Source: an uncultured Micavibrio sp.
GTDB lineage: Bacteria; Pseudomonadota; Alphaproteobacteria; Micavibrionales; UBA2020
Direction: 5' to 3'
NCBI GenBank assembly: GCA_964551435.1
Contig: CAZKBS010000008.1
Span: 4,995-68,994 of the forward strand
Length of the DNA stretch: 64,000 nucleotides
The position numbers and the translations under genes were made by a program. The notes under the pieces were generated by a model. It did no database searches. It saw nothing but the letters and a program-made list of their open reading frames with translations, and had not been told where the DNA came from. How positions within the stretch are numbered: position 1 is the first letter of the stretch; each line of letters starts with the position of its first letter. This document shows positions 8,571 through 18,606 of this stretch, piece by piece.

Positions 8571-10814
8571 TTATGCTTTATCCCCTGCTGAAACATCCCT
8601 TGGGAAGACTATAACAGCTTTTGCGCCGGATTTAACGCCTTCGTCGATATAGTCTTCAATCTCGATGCTGCCATCGTGATCTTCCATAATTTTTTTAACA
8701 ATCGCAAGCCCGAGGCCCGAGCCCTTCTTTTTCGTCGTCACATAAGGCTCCAGAAGCTGGGTGCGCACCTTTTCGGGCAGGCCCATGCCGTTGTCGCGCA
8801 CGGTGATAATAATGTTTTCGCCCTTGGCTGCCACATCGAGCATAACCTGTCCCGCCGGCTCAGGGGTCTGCTGGCAACGCTCCTGCACGGAATCGACGGC
8901 GTTTATCAGAAGGTTATTCAAAACCTGCGTCAGTTGCGAACGGTCGCAGTTTGCGGGCAGTTCCTTTTCCGCCGCTTCGAACGTGAAGTGGATATCTGGA
9001 TAGGCCTGCTGTTGCAGCACCAACGCGTCGCGGCAAATCTCCGTCACGTTTTCGGGCTTTTTAACCGAAACCGGCATGCGGGCATAGGCCGAAAATTCGC
9101 CCACCATATGACCGATATCCGCCACCTGCCGGATAATCGTATCCGTACATTTGGCAAAGGTTTCGGGGTCTTCCTTGATTTGCGGCAGGTATTTGCGGCG
9201 CAAACGCTCTGCCGAAAGCTGTATCGGTGTCAGCGGGTTTTTAATTTCATGCGCGATACGCCGCGCGACGTCAGCCCACGCCGCATTGCGCTGGGCAGAC
9301 ACCAGTGCGGAAATATCGTCCAGCGTCGCCACCGCACCATCGCCCCCCTGCTCTGCCGTGATGCGCAGCAAAACAGTGCGGCGCGGCCCGTTGGCTGCGG
9401 CATACTCCAGCTGGCTTTGCACCAGTTTATCGTTACCGCCGGCGCGGGCACGGGCAAAAACATCTTCGGCTTCGGGAATGAAATCGGCAAGACGACGCCC
9501 ATGCAGGATACCGCCATCGTCGTTGGCGACGCCCATCAGCAATTCGCCCGCCCTGAAATTCGCAAGCGTGATCAGCCCTGACCGGTCAAGACCGATAATC
9601 CCCGACGACGCGCTGGCCAGCACCGCCTCGGTAAAGCGGCGGCGATCGTCCAACATACGGTTGGCGGCCAACAATTCCTTTTGCTGACTTTGCAGCTGGC
9701 TGGTCATACGGTTGAACGCACGCCCCAGAACCACGATTTCATCGTCCTGTTCGCTAGGCGCTGCACCGACATCGGATACGCGCGCCGCCAAATCGCCCGC
9801 GCGGACTTTTTCCGCGGCCGTAATCAGGGCACGGATAGGGGTGACCAGCTGCTCTGAAAACACAAGACCGAACCATACCGCCGCCAGCAAAAGCAGCAGG
9901 GAAATCGCCGCGAACATCGCCGTCATCGCGATTTGCACGCGGGATTTACGGCCATCGAGGGTCGTGTATTCTTTCACGGCACGCTCAGCGGTCGCCATGT
10001 GCTGTAACACGTTACCATCCACCAGACGCCCGACATACAGATATGCATCGAAAAAGCGGTCAAGCTTGAGCAGCGCACGGATACGGTCGCGGCTGTCGCC
10101 GGTTGCCAGCACAACTTCACCGTTGTCGGCTTGCTGCATCATTTCCTTGGGCACCTGCTCCATTTCCAGCAGCAGGGCCATGCGCGATCTGGCCAGCACG
10201 TCGCCGTTGCTGCGGAAAATAATCGCTTCGGGCAGGTTGCGGATGGTAGCCTGCGTTTGCACCAGCTGCGCGAAAGCCTGCGGATTTTCATCCAGAAAGC
10301 GTACATCGCGGTTCAAATCGTAGGCCATTGCCATGACATCGGCGCGCATGACTTCGCGGTGTTCATTCAAATATGCCTGCGCCACTGCAAGCGACTCGTT
10401 TACCGCGGTGCTGACCCGGTCGTTGAACCATGCCTGTACCCCGAAATAAAGAAAGATAGACGAAAAAACAGCCATCAGAATAGCAGGCGCCGCCGCCATC
10501 AGGCTGAACGCCAGCACCAGCCGGATATGCAACCGCGAACCGGCAACGCCGCGCTTTTTCTCGCTCCAAAGTTTTACAACTTGCCGCGCGATAACAGTGC
10601 CCAGCAGCAACAGCAGCACAAGGTCAAGGTTCAACAGCCAGTAAACCGTATTGATATCCGCACTGCGGCGGGTCAGAACCAGATAAGTCGCGACGCAGGA
10701 TGCAATCGCCGCTACGGTCAGAAAAACAGCCACATGACGCGACAAAGTCAGCATGGAGAGCCGCTGCGTCAAACGGTACAGGAATGTATCCGGCGAAAAC
10801 ATACTGACGGACAT
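8571..10814 (-). CDS. ntrY: Sensor histidine kinase NtrY
   Basis: N-terminal TMs, HAMP, PAS, AWADVARRIAHEIKNPLTPIQLSAERL, GSGLGL. Confidence 0.95.
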   Translation of the reverse strand: MSVSMFSPDTFLYRLTQRLSMLTLSRHVAVFLTVAAIASCVATYLVLTRRSADINTVYWLLNLDLVLLLLLGTVIARQVVKLWSEKKRGVAGSRLHIRLVLAFSLMAAAPAILMAVFSSIFLYFGVQAWFNDRVSTAVNESLAVAQAYLNEHREVMRADVMAMAYDLNRDVRFLDENPQAFAQLVQTQATIRNLPEAIIFRSNGDVLARSRMALLLEMEQVPKEMMQQADNGEVVLATGDSRDRIRALLKLDRFFDAYLYVGRLVDGNVLQHMATAERAVKEYTTLDGRKSRVQIAMTAMFAAISLLLLLAAVWFGLVFSEQLVTPIRALITAAEKVRAGDLAARVSDVGAAPSEQDDEIVVLGRAFNRMTSQLQSQQKELLAANRMLDDRRRFTEAVLASASSGIIGLDRSGLITLANFRAGELLMGVANDDGGILHGRRLADFIPEAEDVFARARAGGNDKLVQSQLEYAAANGPRRTVLLRITAEQGGDGAVATLDDISALVSAQRNAAWADVARRIAHEIKNPLTPIQLSAERLRRKYLPQIKEDPETFAKCTDTIIRQVADIGHMVGEFSAYARMPVSVKKPENVTEICRDALVLQQQAYPDIHFTFEAAEKELPANCDRSQLTQVLNNLLINAVDSVQERCQQTPEPAGQVMLDVAAKGENIIITVRDNGMGLPEKVRTQLLEPYVTTKKKGSGLGLAIVKKIMEDHDGSIEIEDYIDEGVKSGAKAVIVFPRDVSAGDKA

Positions 10815-12274
10815 CAGCTGCGCCCTCCTTTTTTCACATCGATATCCAGCTCACGGATTTTTTTGCGCAGGGTATTGCGGTTCAGCCCCAGCAAATCCGC
10901 CGCTTTAATCTGGTTGCCGCCAGTCATGGCCAGCATGCGGGTAATCAAGGGTTTTTCGACAAGCCGGATGATGCGGTCATAAACATCCGTCCCCGCCAAC
11001 AGCGACGCATCAGCGGCAAGGATATCGGCAATCGTCGACGATATATCACCGCGGGTAGCCATAGCCATGCCTTCTGTCATCACAGACATCGACGATGCCT
11101 GCAGGGCCATGCGCACCGCATCGGCATCTATCACATCCTCGGTATGCAGCGCGGCAAGGCGGCGCACGGCGTTTTCAAGCTCGCGCACATTTCCGGGCCA
11201 GCCATGCGCCTGCATAACCGCCATGGCCGCAGGTTCAACCACCTTGAGCGCTTTTGACTGACGCAGGAAATGCTGCACCAGCGCCGGAATATCCTCGGCC
11301 CTTTCGCGCAAAGGGGGCACCTGCAGCGGCACCACGTTCAGGCGGTAATAAAGGTCCTCGCGGAAACGTCCGTCGCGCACGCGCGCGCGCAAATCCTGAT
11401 GTGTGGCGGCAATCACGCGGGCGCGGGCCTTGACGTGGCGGCGTGCGCCGACGGGGGTAAATTCCCCCTCCTGCAGCACGCGCAGCAGGCGGGTTTGCGC
11501 CTCAATCGGCATATCGCCTATTTCATCCAGAAACAGCGTGCCGCCCTGGGCCTGTTCGAACTTGCCGATATGGCGCTGCGTTGCGCCGGTAAAGGCGCCC
11601 TTTTCGTGGCCGAACAGCTCGCTTTCAATCAATTCACGCGGAATGGCGGCCATATTGACGGCCACAAAGGGGCCATCCTTGAAACGGCTGAACTGGTGAA
11701 ACGCACGGGCGATCACTTCCTTGCCTGTACCGGACTCGCCTGTCATCAGCACCGTCAGATCGGCACTACGCAGGCGGGCAATGGTCCGGTAAATATCCTG
11801 CATTGCGCGCGACTGGCCGATCACAAAAGATTTATCAAGCGCAGCTGTGACGTTGGCCGTATCGTCTGCGTCATCGGCATTATTCTGTTCGCGCACAGGG
11901 CGGCGGCGCAGCGCGTTTTTGACAACGGACAACAGCTCGTCGATATCAAACGGTTTGGCCAGATATTCAATCGCGCCTTTTTCGGACGCCGATACCGCCG
12001 TCGTCAGGGCGTTTTGCGCACTGATAACAATCACGCGCATATCCGGCGCGCGGCGGTGGATTTTAGGAATAAGATCCAGCCCGTTTTCACCCGGCATCAT
12101 CACATCGGTAATCACCAGATCGCCGCGGCCTTCCAGCACCCATTGATATAATGTCGCGCCATTGTCGGCGGCTAGGACTTCATACCCCTCGCGCTTCAAT
12201 GCCTGCGTCAGCACAGTGCGCACCGAAAGGTCGTCATCCGCAACAAGAATGGTTTTGCCAACGGCTTTGGTCAT
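10814..12274 (-). CDS. ntrC: Sigma54-dependent nitrogen regulator NtrC
   Basis: TDVMMP receiver, GESGTGKE, ESELFGHEKGAFTGA, GNQIKAADLLGLNRNTLRKK; ATG 12274 overlaps the ntrB stop (ATGA). Confidence 0.96.
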   Translation of the reverse strand: MTKAVGKTILVADDDLSVRTVLTQALKREGYEVLAADNGATLYQWVLEGRGDLVITDVMMPGENGLDLIPKIHRRAPDMRVIVISAQNALTTAVSASEKGAIEYLAKPFDIDELLSVVKNALRRRPVREQNNADDADDTANVTAALDKSFVIGQSRAMQDIYRTIARLRSADLTVLMTGESGTGKEVIARAFHQFSRFKDGPFVAVNMAAIPRELIESELFGHEKGAFTGATQRHIGKFEQAQGGTLFLDEIGDMPIEAQTRLLRVLQEGEFTPVGARRHVKARARVIAATHQDLRARVRDGRFREDLYYRLNVVPLQVPPLRERAEDIPALVQHFLRQSKALKVVEPAAMAVMQAHGWPGNVRELENAVRRLAALHTEDVIDADAVRMALQASSMSVMTEGMAMATRGDISSTIADILAADASLLAGTDVYDRIIRLVEKPLITRMLAMTGGNQIKAADLLGLNRNTLRKKIRELDIDVKKGGRS

Positions 12275-13383
12275 GCGGTTTTCTCCTTGCGGCGCGGGGG
12301 CAGCGGAAAGCATATCTTGAATATGGTCTTATCGCCTGCGCGGCTGACATCAATCATACCGCCATGGCTGTCGATAATGCGCGACACGACGACAAGCCCC
12401 AACCCCTCGCCCTCAGGCTTGGTGGTATAGCAGGGCTCGAACAGGCGCGATGCCGTCTCCGCGCTCATACCCGGCCCGTCGTCTTCAACCGACAGGACAA
12501 TCGGCAGGCGCCGCCCCGTTTCGGGGTGGTATTGCGGCGAAAGATCATAGCGGGTTCGCAGAACGATATTTTTTGCCCCCGCCTCCGCCGCGTTTTTGAC
12601 AAGATTCAGCAGCGCCTGCACCAGCGCATCAACATACCCGTCGATATCAGGGAGCGACGGGTCATATTCCCCGCGCAAATCCACATCGGCGGCAAAGCCC
12701 GCCCGTGCGCAATCCATCACATGGTCGGTCACACCGTGCAGGTTGACAGCTGAAAAATTCTCGGGCGTGACGATATCGTCGAGCTGCGCAACCTTGCCCA
12801 GCAAACGCAAAATACGCTGGGTTTCCGCATCAATCAGCTGCGCCAGTGCGCGATCATCCTCGTCCTGCGCCGAGCGCTGTAAAAGCTGCGCCGCACCGCG
12901 AATACCCGCCAGCGGGTTTTTGATTTCATGCGCCAGCATCCGCGCCAGTTCACGCGCCGGCTTCATCACTGTACGCTGCTGCGTCAGCCATTCGCTGCCG
13001 AGAGAGAGTCTTTCGACCGGCCATGACAGCAAAACCGCCGTATCATCCCCCGCAGGAATCACGGAAACCGACAGGCGGGCAACGGTGTGGTGGCAAATGT
13101 CGAGGTCGCGCAAAATGACATTCTGCGCCCCCTTCGCCGCTGCCGCAGCGGCCGTGCAGGCCGGATGCGCCGCGCCGAAGACAGCCGCGAGCGGCTGGCC
13201 CGTCAGCCCCTTCGCACCGAGGCGCGTAAAATCCATCGCCGCATGATTGGCATAGACAATCACACCGCCTTGCAACGCCAATACGGCATCGGGCAAGGCA
13301 TCCAGCATCGCCAGCGCCTGCGGGGCGGCCGCGGAATTGTTTTTTGCTTTATTTTGCGTTTTCACACCGGACACTTTGGTCAC
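12271..13383 (-). CDS. ntrB: Nitrogen regulation histidine kinase NtrB
   Basis: PAS-like N-terminus, MLAHEIKNPLAGIRGAAQLL, YDPSLP, GEGLGL; exact start uncertain. Confidence 0.92.
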   Translation of the reverse strand: MTKVSGVKTQNKAKNNSAAAPQALAMLDALPDAVLALQGGVIVYANHAAMDFTRLGAKGLTGQPLAAVFGAAHPACTAAAAAAKGAQNVILRDLDICHHTVARLSVSVIPAGDDTAVLLSWPVERLSLGSEWLTQQRTVMKPARELARMLAHEIKNPLAGIRGAAQLLQRSAQDEDDRALAQLIDAETQRILRLLGKVAQLDDIVTPENFSAVNLHGVTDHVMDCARAGFAADVDLRGEYDPSLPDIDGYVDALVQALLNLVKNAAEAGAKNIVLRTRYDLSPQYHPETGRRLPIVLSVEDDGPGMSAETASRLFEPCYTTKPEGEGLGLVVVSRIIDSHGGMIDVSRAGDKTIFKICFPLPPRRKEKTA

Positions 13384-13406
13384 CTGCGCGGCTTTTTATC
13401 AGAAGC

Positions 13407-13452
13407 CGCCTATTTTTTATGCACGGATATGTTTCTGCACTATTTTTAGGCA
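13407..13452. promoter_or_regulatory. Tandem NtrC-binding boxes upstream of ntrB
   Basis: CGCCTATTTTTTATGCA (13407-13423) and TGCACTATTTTTAGGCA (13436-13452), both resembling TGCAC-N7-GTGCA. Confidence 0.7.
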
Positions 13453-13463
13453 AATAACAAGCG

Positions 13464-13492
13464 TTGACCCCTGTAAAACCAGCCCCTAAAGT
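13464..13492 (+). promoter_or_regulatory. Putative sigma70 promoter of ispDF
   Basis: TTGACC-N17-TAAAGT. Confidence 0.5.
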
Positions 13493-13547
13493 GCAAAAGA
13501 GCCTGAAATTCAGCGCTTCGACGTCGTCTTGAGGTGTTTTAAATATT

Positions 13548-14804
13548 ATGAATAATAATCACACCATCGCCGCCCTGATTGTTGCCGCCGGCAGCGGCAC
13601 GCGCTTTGGCGACACCTCCACCCCCAAGCAATACGCGGCGCTTCTGGGCCGGCCCGTACTGCGCTGGTCGGTCGATATGTTTTTTGCCCGGTCGGATATT
13701 TCGACGATTTGCATCGTTATTCAACCGGAACACCGCGCGCTCTGCAACGCCGCAGTCGCGGGCATTGATCCTGCGCGGATTTTGATTGTCGATGGCGGCG
13801 AAACGCGCCAGCAATCCGTGCGCTGCGGGCTTGAAGCGCTGGCGACGCTTGCGCAAAAACCGGCGTTTGTGCTTATTCACGATGCGGCGCGCCCGTGCGT
13901 GAGTGCCGCGTTGATACAATCCGTTTGCACGGCGCTGCAATCTGACCACAAGGCGGCCATTCCGGCACTACCCGTCACCGATACTATCAAAAAGCGCGAC
14001 AGCAGCGGTGCCGTCAGCACCCAAAGCCGCGACGGGCTTTATACTGTGCAAACGCCGCAAGGCTTTAGCTTTGACAGCATCCTGTCGCTGCACCGCCGTT
14101 TTGAATCCGAAAACCTGACGGATGATGCGGCACTGCTGGAGCGTGCCGGAGAAAACCCGCACTTCACCCAAGGCCAGCGCGACAACATCAAAATCACATG
14201 GCCGGAGGATATTTCGCTCGCGGAATCCATCCTCTCCGCGGCGCGCATGGATATTCGCACCGGCAAGGGATATGACGTACACCGCCTTGTGCCGCCACAG
14301 CATGATTTGCACAAACTGGTCATCGGCGGCATCGTCATTCCGCACGACAAAGCGCTCGAGGGACATTCTGATGCCGATGTCGGGCTGCATGCGATTACCG
14401 ATGCGCTGCTTGGCACGATTTGCGATGGCGACATCGGCATGCACTTCAGCCCCAAAGACGCCCGCTGGAAAGGCGCCGACAGCGGCATGTTCCTGCAACA
14501 TGCCGCCGCGCTTCTGGCTGCGCAGGGCGGCGTGATCACGCATGTCGATCTGACGGTGATTTGCGAAACGCCGAAAATCGGCCCGCACCGCGATGCGATG
14601 CGCGCGCGTATTGCATCGCTTTTGCACCTGCCCGTCAACCGCGTCAGCGTCAAGGCGACGACGACCGAAGGCCTCGGCTTTACCGGACGCGGCGAAGGCA
14701 TCGCCGCCGAAGCCGTGGTGACGGTGCGCCTGCCGTTTGGCATCGATTTACAATCTACAAACTATTCTTCCGAAACCCTTCACGCGACAAGGACAGCGAT
14801 ATGA
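13548..14804 (+). CDS. ispDF: Bifunctional IspD/IspF (MEP pathway)
   Basis: AAGSGTRFG..PKQY, LIHDAARP, VQTPQGF; GYDVHRL, GHSDADVGLHAITDA, VSVKATTTEGLGFTGRGEG. Confidence 0.96.
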   Translation: MNNNHTIAALIVAAGSGTRFGDTSTPKQYAALLGRPVLRWSVDMFFARSDISTICIVIQPEHRALCNAAVAGIDPARILIVDGGETRQQSVRCGLEALATLAQKPAFVLIHDAARPCVSAALIQSVCTALQSDHKAAIPALPVTDTIKKRDSSGAVSTQSRDGLYTVQTPQGFSFDSILSLHRRFESENLTDDAALLERAGENPHFTQGQRDNIKITWPEDISLAESILSAARMDIRTGKGYDVHRLVPPQHDLHKLVIGGIVIPHDKALEGHSDADVGLHAITDALLGTICDGDIGMHFSPKDARWKGADSGMFLQHAAALLAAQGGVITHVDLTVICETPKIGPHRDAMRARIASLLHLPVNRVSVKATTTEGLGFTGRGEGIAAEAVVTVRLPFGIDLQSTNYSSETLHATRTAI

Positions 14805-15346
14805 ACGCAAAAGCCGCGAACGACCAAGACCAGCCCGCTGCGAAAAAGAATTTCGGGCTGCGCCCGCTGCCTGAAAACACCGCCATGGGCAATCCGCATG
14901 TAATGATTGCTACATGGTTTGGCGTCGGGCGCCTGCGCCCCGCGCCGGGTACGCTGGGCACACTGGCGGCTATTCCTTTCGGCTACGGTATTGCCTATGT
15001 GTCGGGGATTGTGGGGCTGGCGCTGGCGGCGCTGCTGCTGCTGGCGCTTGGCACCATGGCCGCGAATTACTACGGCCGGAAATCCGGTGAAAAAGATGAC
15101 CAGACCATCGTTGTCGACGAAGTTGTCGGCATGTGGATTGCCGCCATCCCCGCCGCCCTGCATATCGATCTTTGGATCGTCGCCTTTTTGCTGTTCCGGC
15201 TTTTCGACATTTATAAACCATGGCCCGCATCGTTTTTCGACAAACGCGCAGGCAACGGTTTTGACGTGATGATGGATGATGTCGTGGCCGGTATATATGC
15301 CGCCATCGGCGTTGCGGCCTGTGCCGTCAACCTCAACATGTTCTAA
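14801..15346 (+). CDS. pgpA: Phosphatidylglycerophosphatase A
   Basis: PAPGTLGT, IVVDEVVG, LFRLFDIYKPWP, VMMDDVVAG; ATG 14801 overlaps the ispDF stop. Confidence 0.93.
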   Translation: MNAKAANDQDQPAAKKNFGLRPLPENTAMGNPHVMIATWFGVGRLRPAPGTLGTLAAIPFGYGIAYVSGIVGLALAALLLLALGTMAANYYGRKSGEKDDQTIVVDEVVGMWIAAIPAALHIDLWIVAFLLFRLFDIYKPWPASFFDKRAGNGFDVMMDDVVAGIYAAIGVAACAVNLNMF

Positions 15347-15413
15347 CCGACGTTTGCAGCATCCGTTATCATTTGCAAATACCCCGCGCCCGCAGGCGCA
15401 GAAAGTCTGCTTC

Positions 15414-15917
15414 ATGCCTTTTTTTCCCCCTCATATCTCAACGCTCGCCACCGAGGTTCTTGCCGCCGCGCGCGCCAAGAAACTGCGCATTGTCACGGCT
15501 GAATCCTGCACGGGCGGACTTATCGGCGCAGCGCTGACGGAAATCGCGGGTTCCTCCGATGTCGTCGATTGCGGCTTCACCAGCTATTCCTACGACGCCA
15601 AAGTCGCGCAGCTGGGCGTTGACCGCGACACGCTGCTGAAATCAGGCGCGGTCAGCGGCGACATTGCGCGCCAAATGATACGCGGCGCGCTGGCAGGCTC
15701 CTCCGCCGATATCGCAGTTTCGGCAACCGGCATTGCCGGCCCGGGCGGCGCAACGCCCGATAAACCGGTCGGACTTGTCTATATCGGCATCGGCAACCGC
15801 GTGAACGGGCATAGCCAATCGGTGAAAAACCTGTTCAGCGGCGACCGCAGCGCGGTGCGTATGGCCACGGTTGAAAAAGCTCTGGAGTTGCTGAAGCAGG
15901 AAATCGCCGCCGTTTAA
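15414..15917 (+). CDS. cinA: CinA C-terminal domain protein (PncC-like NMN amidohydrolase)
   Basis: TAESCTGGLI, GSSDV, TGIAGPGG..KPVGLVY. Confidence 0.9.
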   Translation: MPFFPPHISTLATEVLAAARAKKLRIVTAESCTGGLIGAALTEIAGSSDVVDCGFTSYSYDAKVAQLGVDRDTLLKSGAVSGDIARQMIRGALAGSSADIAVSATGIAGPGGATPDKPVGLVYIGIGNRVNGHSQSVKNLFSGDRSAVRMATVEKALELLKQEIAAV

Positions 15918-15929
15918 ACCGGCGGGCTT

Positions 15930-16373
15930 TTACTGAAGACTGCCGCCATAAAGCTGCACGGCGCGGGTTTCGAAGGCATTGATCATTTTGACCAGCGCCT
16001 TGTGGAAAAACTGGTCGACCAGCTTTTCGAACAGTTTCGATTCCAGCGAAAAATCCACATAAAAGTCGACTTCGCACTGCCCCGCGCGCATGGGGGTGAA
16101 GACCCATTTGTTTTGCAAATGACGCATAGGCCCTTTGAGGTATTCGACCTCGATGGCGTGCGGGCGGATGTAATGCACGCGGGAGGTAAATCTTTCGCGG
16201 AACATTTTATAGCCGATGATAACATCGGCGGTGACTTCGTTTTTACTGCGGCTGTTCACGCGCGCGCCGATGCACCACGGCAAAAACTGCGGATATTTTT
16301 CGATATCCATGACCAGGTCGAACAGCTGTTCGGCCGAATAGGGCAAAATGCGTTTTTCCTGATGCGACGGCAT
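15930..16373 (-). CDS. START/SRPBCC-domain protein, Coq10/RatA family
   Basis: FDLVMDIEKYPQFLPWC, ERFTS, LQNKWVF, AFETRA; usual position downstream of lipA. Confidence 0.9.
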   Translation of the reverse strand: MPSHQEKRILPYSAEQLFDLVMDIEKYPQFLPWCIGARVNSRSKNEVTADVIIGYKMFRERFTSRVHYIRPHAIEVEYLKGPMRHLQNKWVFTPMRAGQCEVDFYVDFSLESKLFEKLVDQFFHKALVKMINAFETRAVQLYGGSLQ

Positions 16374-16383
16374 GACGGCGCGG

Positions 16384-17364
16384 TTATTTCCCCTGCGCCA
16401 GCTTGGCTTCGCGCGCGGCTTTCAGTTTTTCGAAATCCGCATCGGCATGATAGGACGAACGCGTCAGCGGCGATGCCGACACCATCAAAAAACCTTTGGC
16501 GCGGGCGATGGTTTCCAGCGACTTGAATTCTTCCGGTGTCACGAATTTCTCGACGGCGGCGTGCTTGGTCGTCGGCTGCAAATACTGGCCGATGGTCAGG
16601 AAATCGACATCCGCGGCACGCAGATCGTCCATGACCTGCATAATTTCGGTTTTCGTCTCGCCAAGGCCGACCATGATGCCGGATTTGGTGAAAATCGTCG
16701 GGTCGATTTTCTTGACGCGGTTCAAAAGCTCCAACGACGTGAAATAACGCGACCCCGGACGGATGGTCGGGTACAAACGCGGCACGGTTTCAAGGTTGTG
16801 GTTGAACACATCGGGACGCGCGGCGACAATCGCCTCGATCGCGCCTTCTTTATCCTTGAAATCCGGCGTCAGGATTTCGACGGTCGTGCCGGGCGACAGA
16901 CGGTGAATTTCATTGATGGTTTTAACGAATTGCTGCGCGCCGCCGTCTTCAAGGTCATCGCGGTCGACGGATGTGACAACAACGTGTTTGAGGCCGAGTT
17001 TTTGAACGCCGATGGCCACGCGTGCGGCTTCAAACGGGTCCAGCTTGTCGGGAATACCCGTGGCGACATTGCAAAACGAACAAGCGCGCGTGCAGGTCGC
17101 ACCCAAAATCATGAAGGTGGCGTGTTTCTGTTTCCAGCACTCGCCGATGTTCGGACAGGCCGCCTCCTCGCACACGGTGGCGAGTTTCAGGTTGCGCATC
17201 AATTTGGTGGTTTCGTGATATTCGGGCGATGTCGGCGCCTTGACGCGGATCCACTCCGGCTTGCGCAGCACGGGCGTATCGGGCCGGTTGCGCTTTTCGG
17301 GGTGCCGGTGTTCGGATTTTTTCTTTTCGGCGGCGTTGTCGGCTTGCGGCGTATCTTGTTCCAT
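16384..17364 (-). CDS. lipA: Lipoyl synthase
   Basis: [34 protein letters not shown]. Confidence 0.97.
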   Translation of the reverse strand: MEQDTPQADNAAEKKKSEHRHPEKRNRPDTPVLRKPEWIRVKAPTSPEYHETTKLMRNLKLATVCEEAACPNIGECWKQKHATFMILGATCTRACSFCNVATGIPDKLDPFEAARVAIGVQKLGLKHVVVTSVDRDDLEDGGAQQFVKTINEIHRLSPGTTVEILTPDFKDKEGAIEAIVAARPDVFNHNLETVPRLYPTIRPGSRYFTSLELLNRVKKIDPTIFTKSGIMVGLGETKTEIMQVMDDLRAADVDFLTIGQYLQPTTKHAAVEKFVTPEEFKSLETIARAKGFLMVSASPLTRSSYHADADFEKLKAAREAKLAQGK

Positions 17365-17457
17365 GGCGTTCAATTCGTCCTTTTCAGGGGCTAATCTAGG
17401 ACTCTCTGTAAAAAGGGCAACATGATTTTGCCCCTAAAGTTCCATTTATTCACATAA

Positions 17458-18153
17458 TCAGGACGCTTTTGCCGTGACAGGCTGTTCCTGCCGCTGGTGA
17501 AAAGCAATCGCCAGTTCGCGCATCGTGGTAAAGGCGCGGTCGGGCTTGGCCGCCAGCACGGCCTCGCGCGCTTTTGCGGTCATATGGCTGCCGCCCAGAT
17601 AGGCCCAAACCTCCATCCCCGCCGCTTTCGCGCCGAGGATGCCGTGGATGCCGTCTTCGATGACAAGGCAGCTTGCCGGTTCCGCCCGCAGATGCTTTGC
17701 GGCATGCAGGAAAATATCCGGCGCAGGCTTGCCGTTGCGCACCATATCGGTACTGTAAATGTGGGAGCCGAAAAAGCCGCGCAGCCCCGTCACATCCAGC
17801 GTCAGATGCAGCCGCGGCAATTCGCTGCCCGATGCGACGGCGACGGGCGCTTTGCAGGTTTGCAAAAATTCGCGCACGCCCGGCGTCGCCTTCAGCTGCT
17901 TTTCAAACGCGGCATACTGTTCTGCTTTATAGGCGTCTTCGTCGAAACCGGCGCGGATATCAATGCCGCTTTCTTCGGCAATTTCGGCGCAGATGCGGCG
18001 GAAATTCTTGCCCATGAAGCGGATGATAAAATTTTCCAGCGTCATGTTATAGCCAAGCGCGGCGAAATGATCGAGCATCACACCGCAGGCAATCACTTCG
18101 CTGTCAATCAGTACGCCGTCGCAATCCCAGATAATCGCTGAAAAACGATTCAT
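17458..18153 (-). CDS. HAD-IA family phosphatase
   Basis: WDCDGVLIDSE, VASGS, GKPAPDIFL, IEDG..G..GAKAAGM. Confidence 0.9.
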   Translation of the reverse strand: MNRFSAIIWDCDGVLIDSEVIACGVMLDHFAALGYNMTLENFIIRFMGKNFRRICAEIAEESGIDIRAGFDEDAYKAEQYAAFEKQLKATPGVREFLQTCKAPVAVASGSELPRLHLTLDVTGLRGFFGSHIYSTDMVRNGKPAPDIFLHAAKHLRAEPASCLVIEDGIHGILGAKAAGMEVWAYLGGSHMTAKAREAVLAAKPDRAFTTMRELAIAFHQRQEQPVTAKAS

Positions 18154-18159
18154 GATACC

Positions 18160-18606
18160 TTAAGGGCACCCCGCGGCATTCTTGACGGCGGCCAGCGTCG
18201 ATTGCAGGTGGGCGATATACTGGCCTTCAATGCTTTTTTGTTCCTGCGCGTTTTCGACGACTTTTTCCTGCAAATCGTTTACCTCGCTTTGCATCGACGC
18301 TTCGGGCGCCGGAATGGCGGGCACTTTATCGCCCGCGGCCAGCGTCAGGCATACAGCCGTCGTTTTGGTATGCGCCTGCCAGCCGAACCATGCCAGACCG
18401 GCAATCAAAACGATTGCCAAAATGCGGCACATCGCACGGCAGCAGCACGATGTTTTGCCGCAAAGGCATTTTTTCGTGCCGCAAGCCCCCTTGGTGTCAC
18501 AAGAGGATTTTGTATCACAGCAACCGCCGGCGTTTTTAACCTCGGCAGGCTTGGTGTCGCAGGACGGCTTGCCGCCGCAGCAGGATTTTTCGATTTCGTT
18601 TGTCAT
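18160..18606 (-). CDS. Cys-rich (metallothionein-like N-terminus) single-TM protein
   Basis: 13 Cys in residues 9-60, TM at about 61-76, coiled-coil-like C-terminus; start overlaps the lpdA stop by 1 nt. Confidence 0.7.
   Translation of the reverse strand: MTNEIEKSCCGGKPSCDTKPAEVKNAGGCCDTKSSCDTKGACGTKKCLCGKTSCCCRAMCRILAIVLIAGLAWFGWQAHTKTTAVCLTLAAGDKVPAIPAPEASMQSEVNDLQEKVVENAQEQKSIEGQYIAHLQSTLAAVKNAAGCP

Noticed and set aside
15930-16373. RatA as a toxin-antitoxin toxin
   Set aside because: No antitoxin partner; conserved lipA-linked Coq10/START protein.
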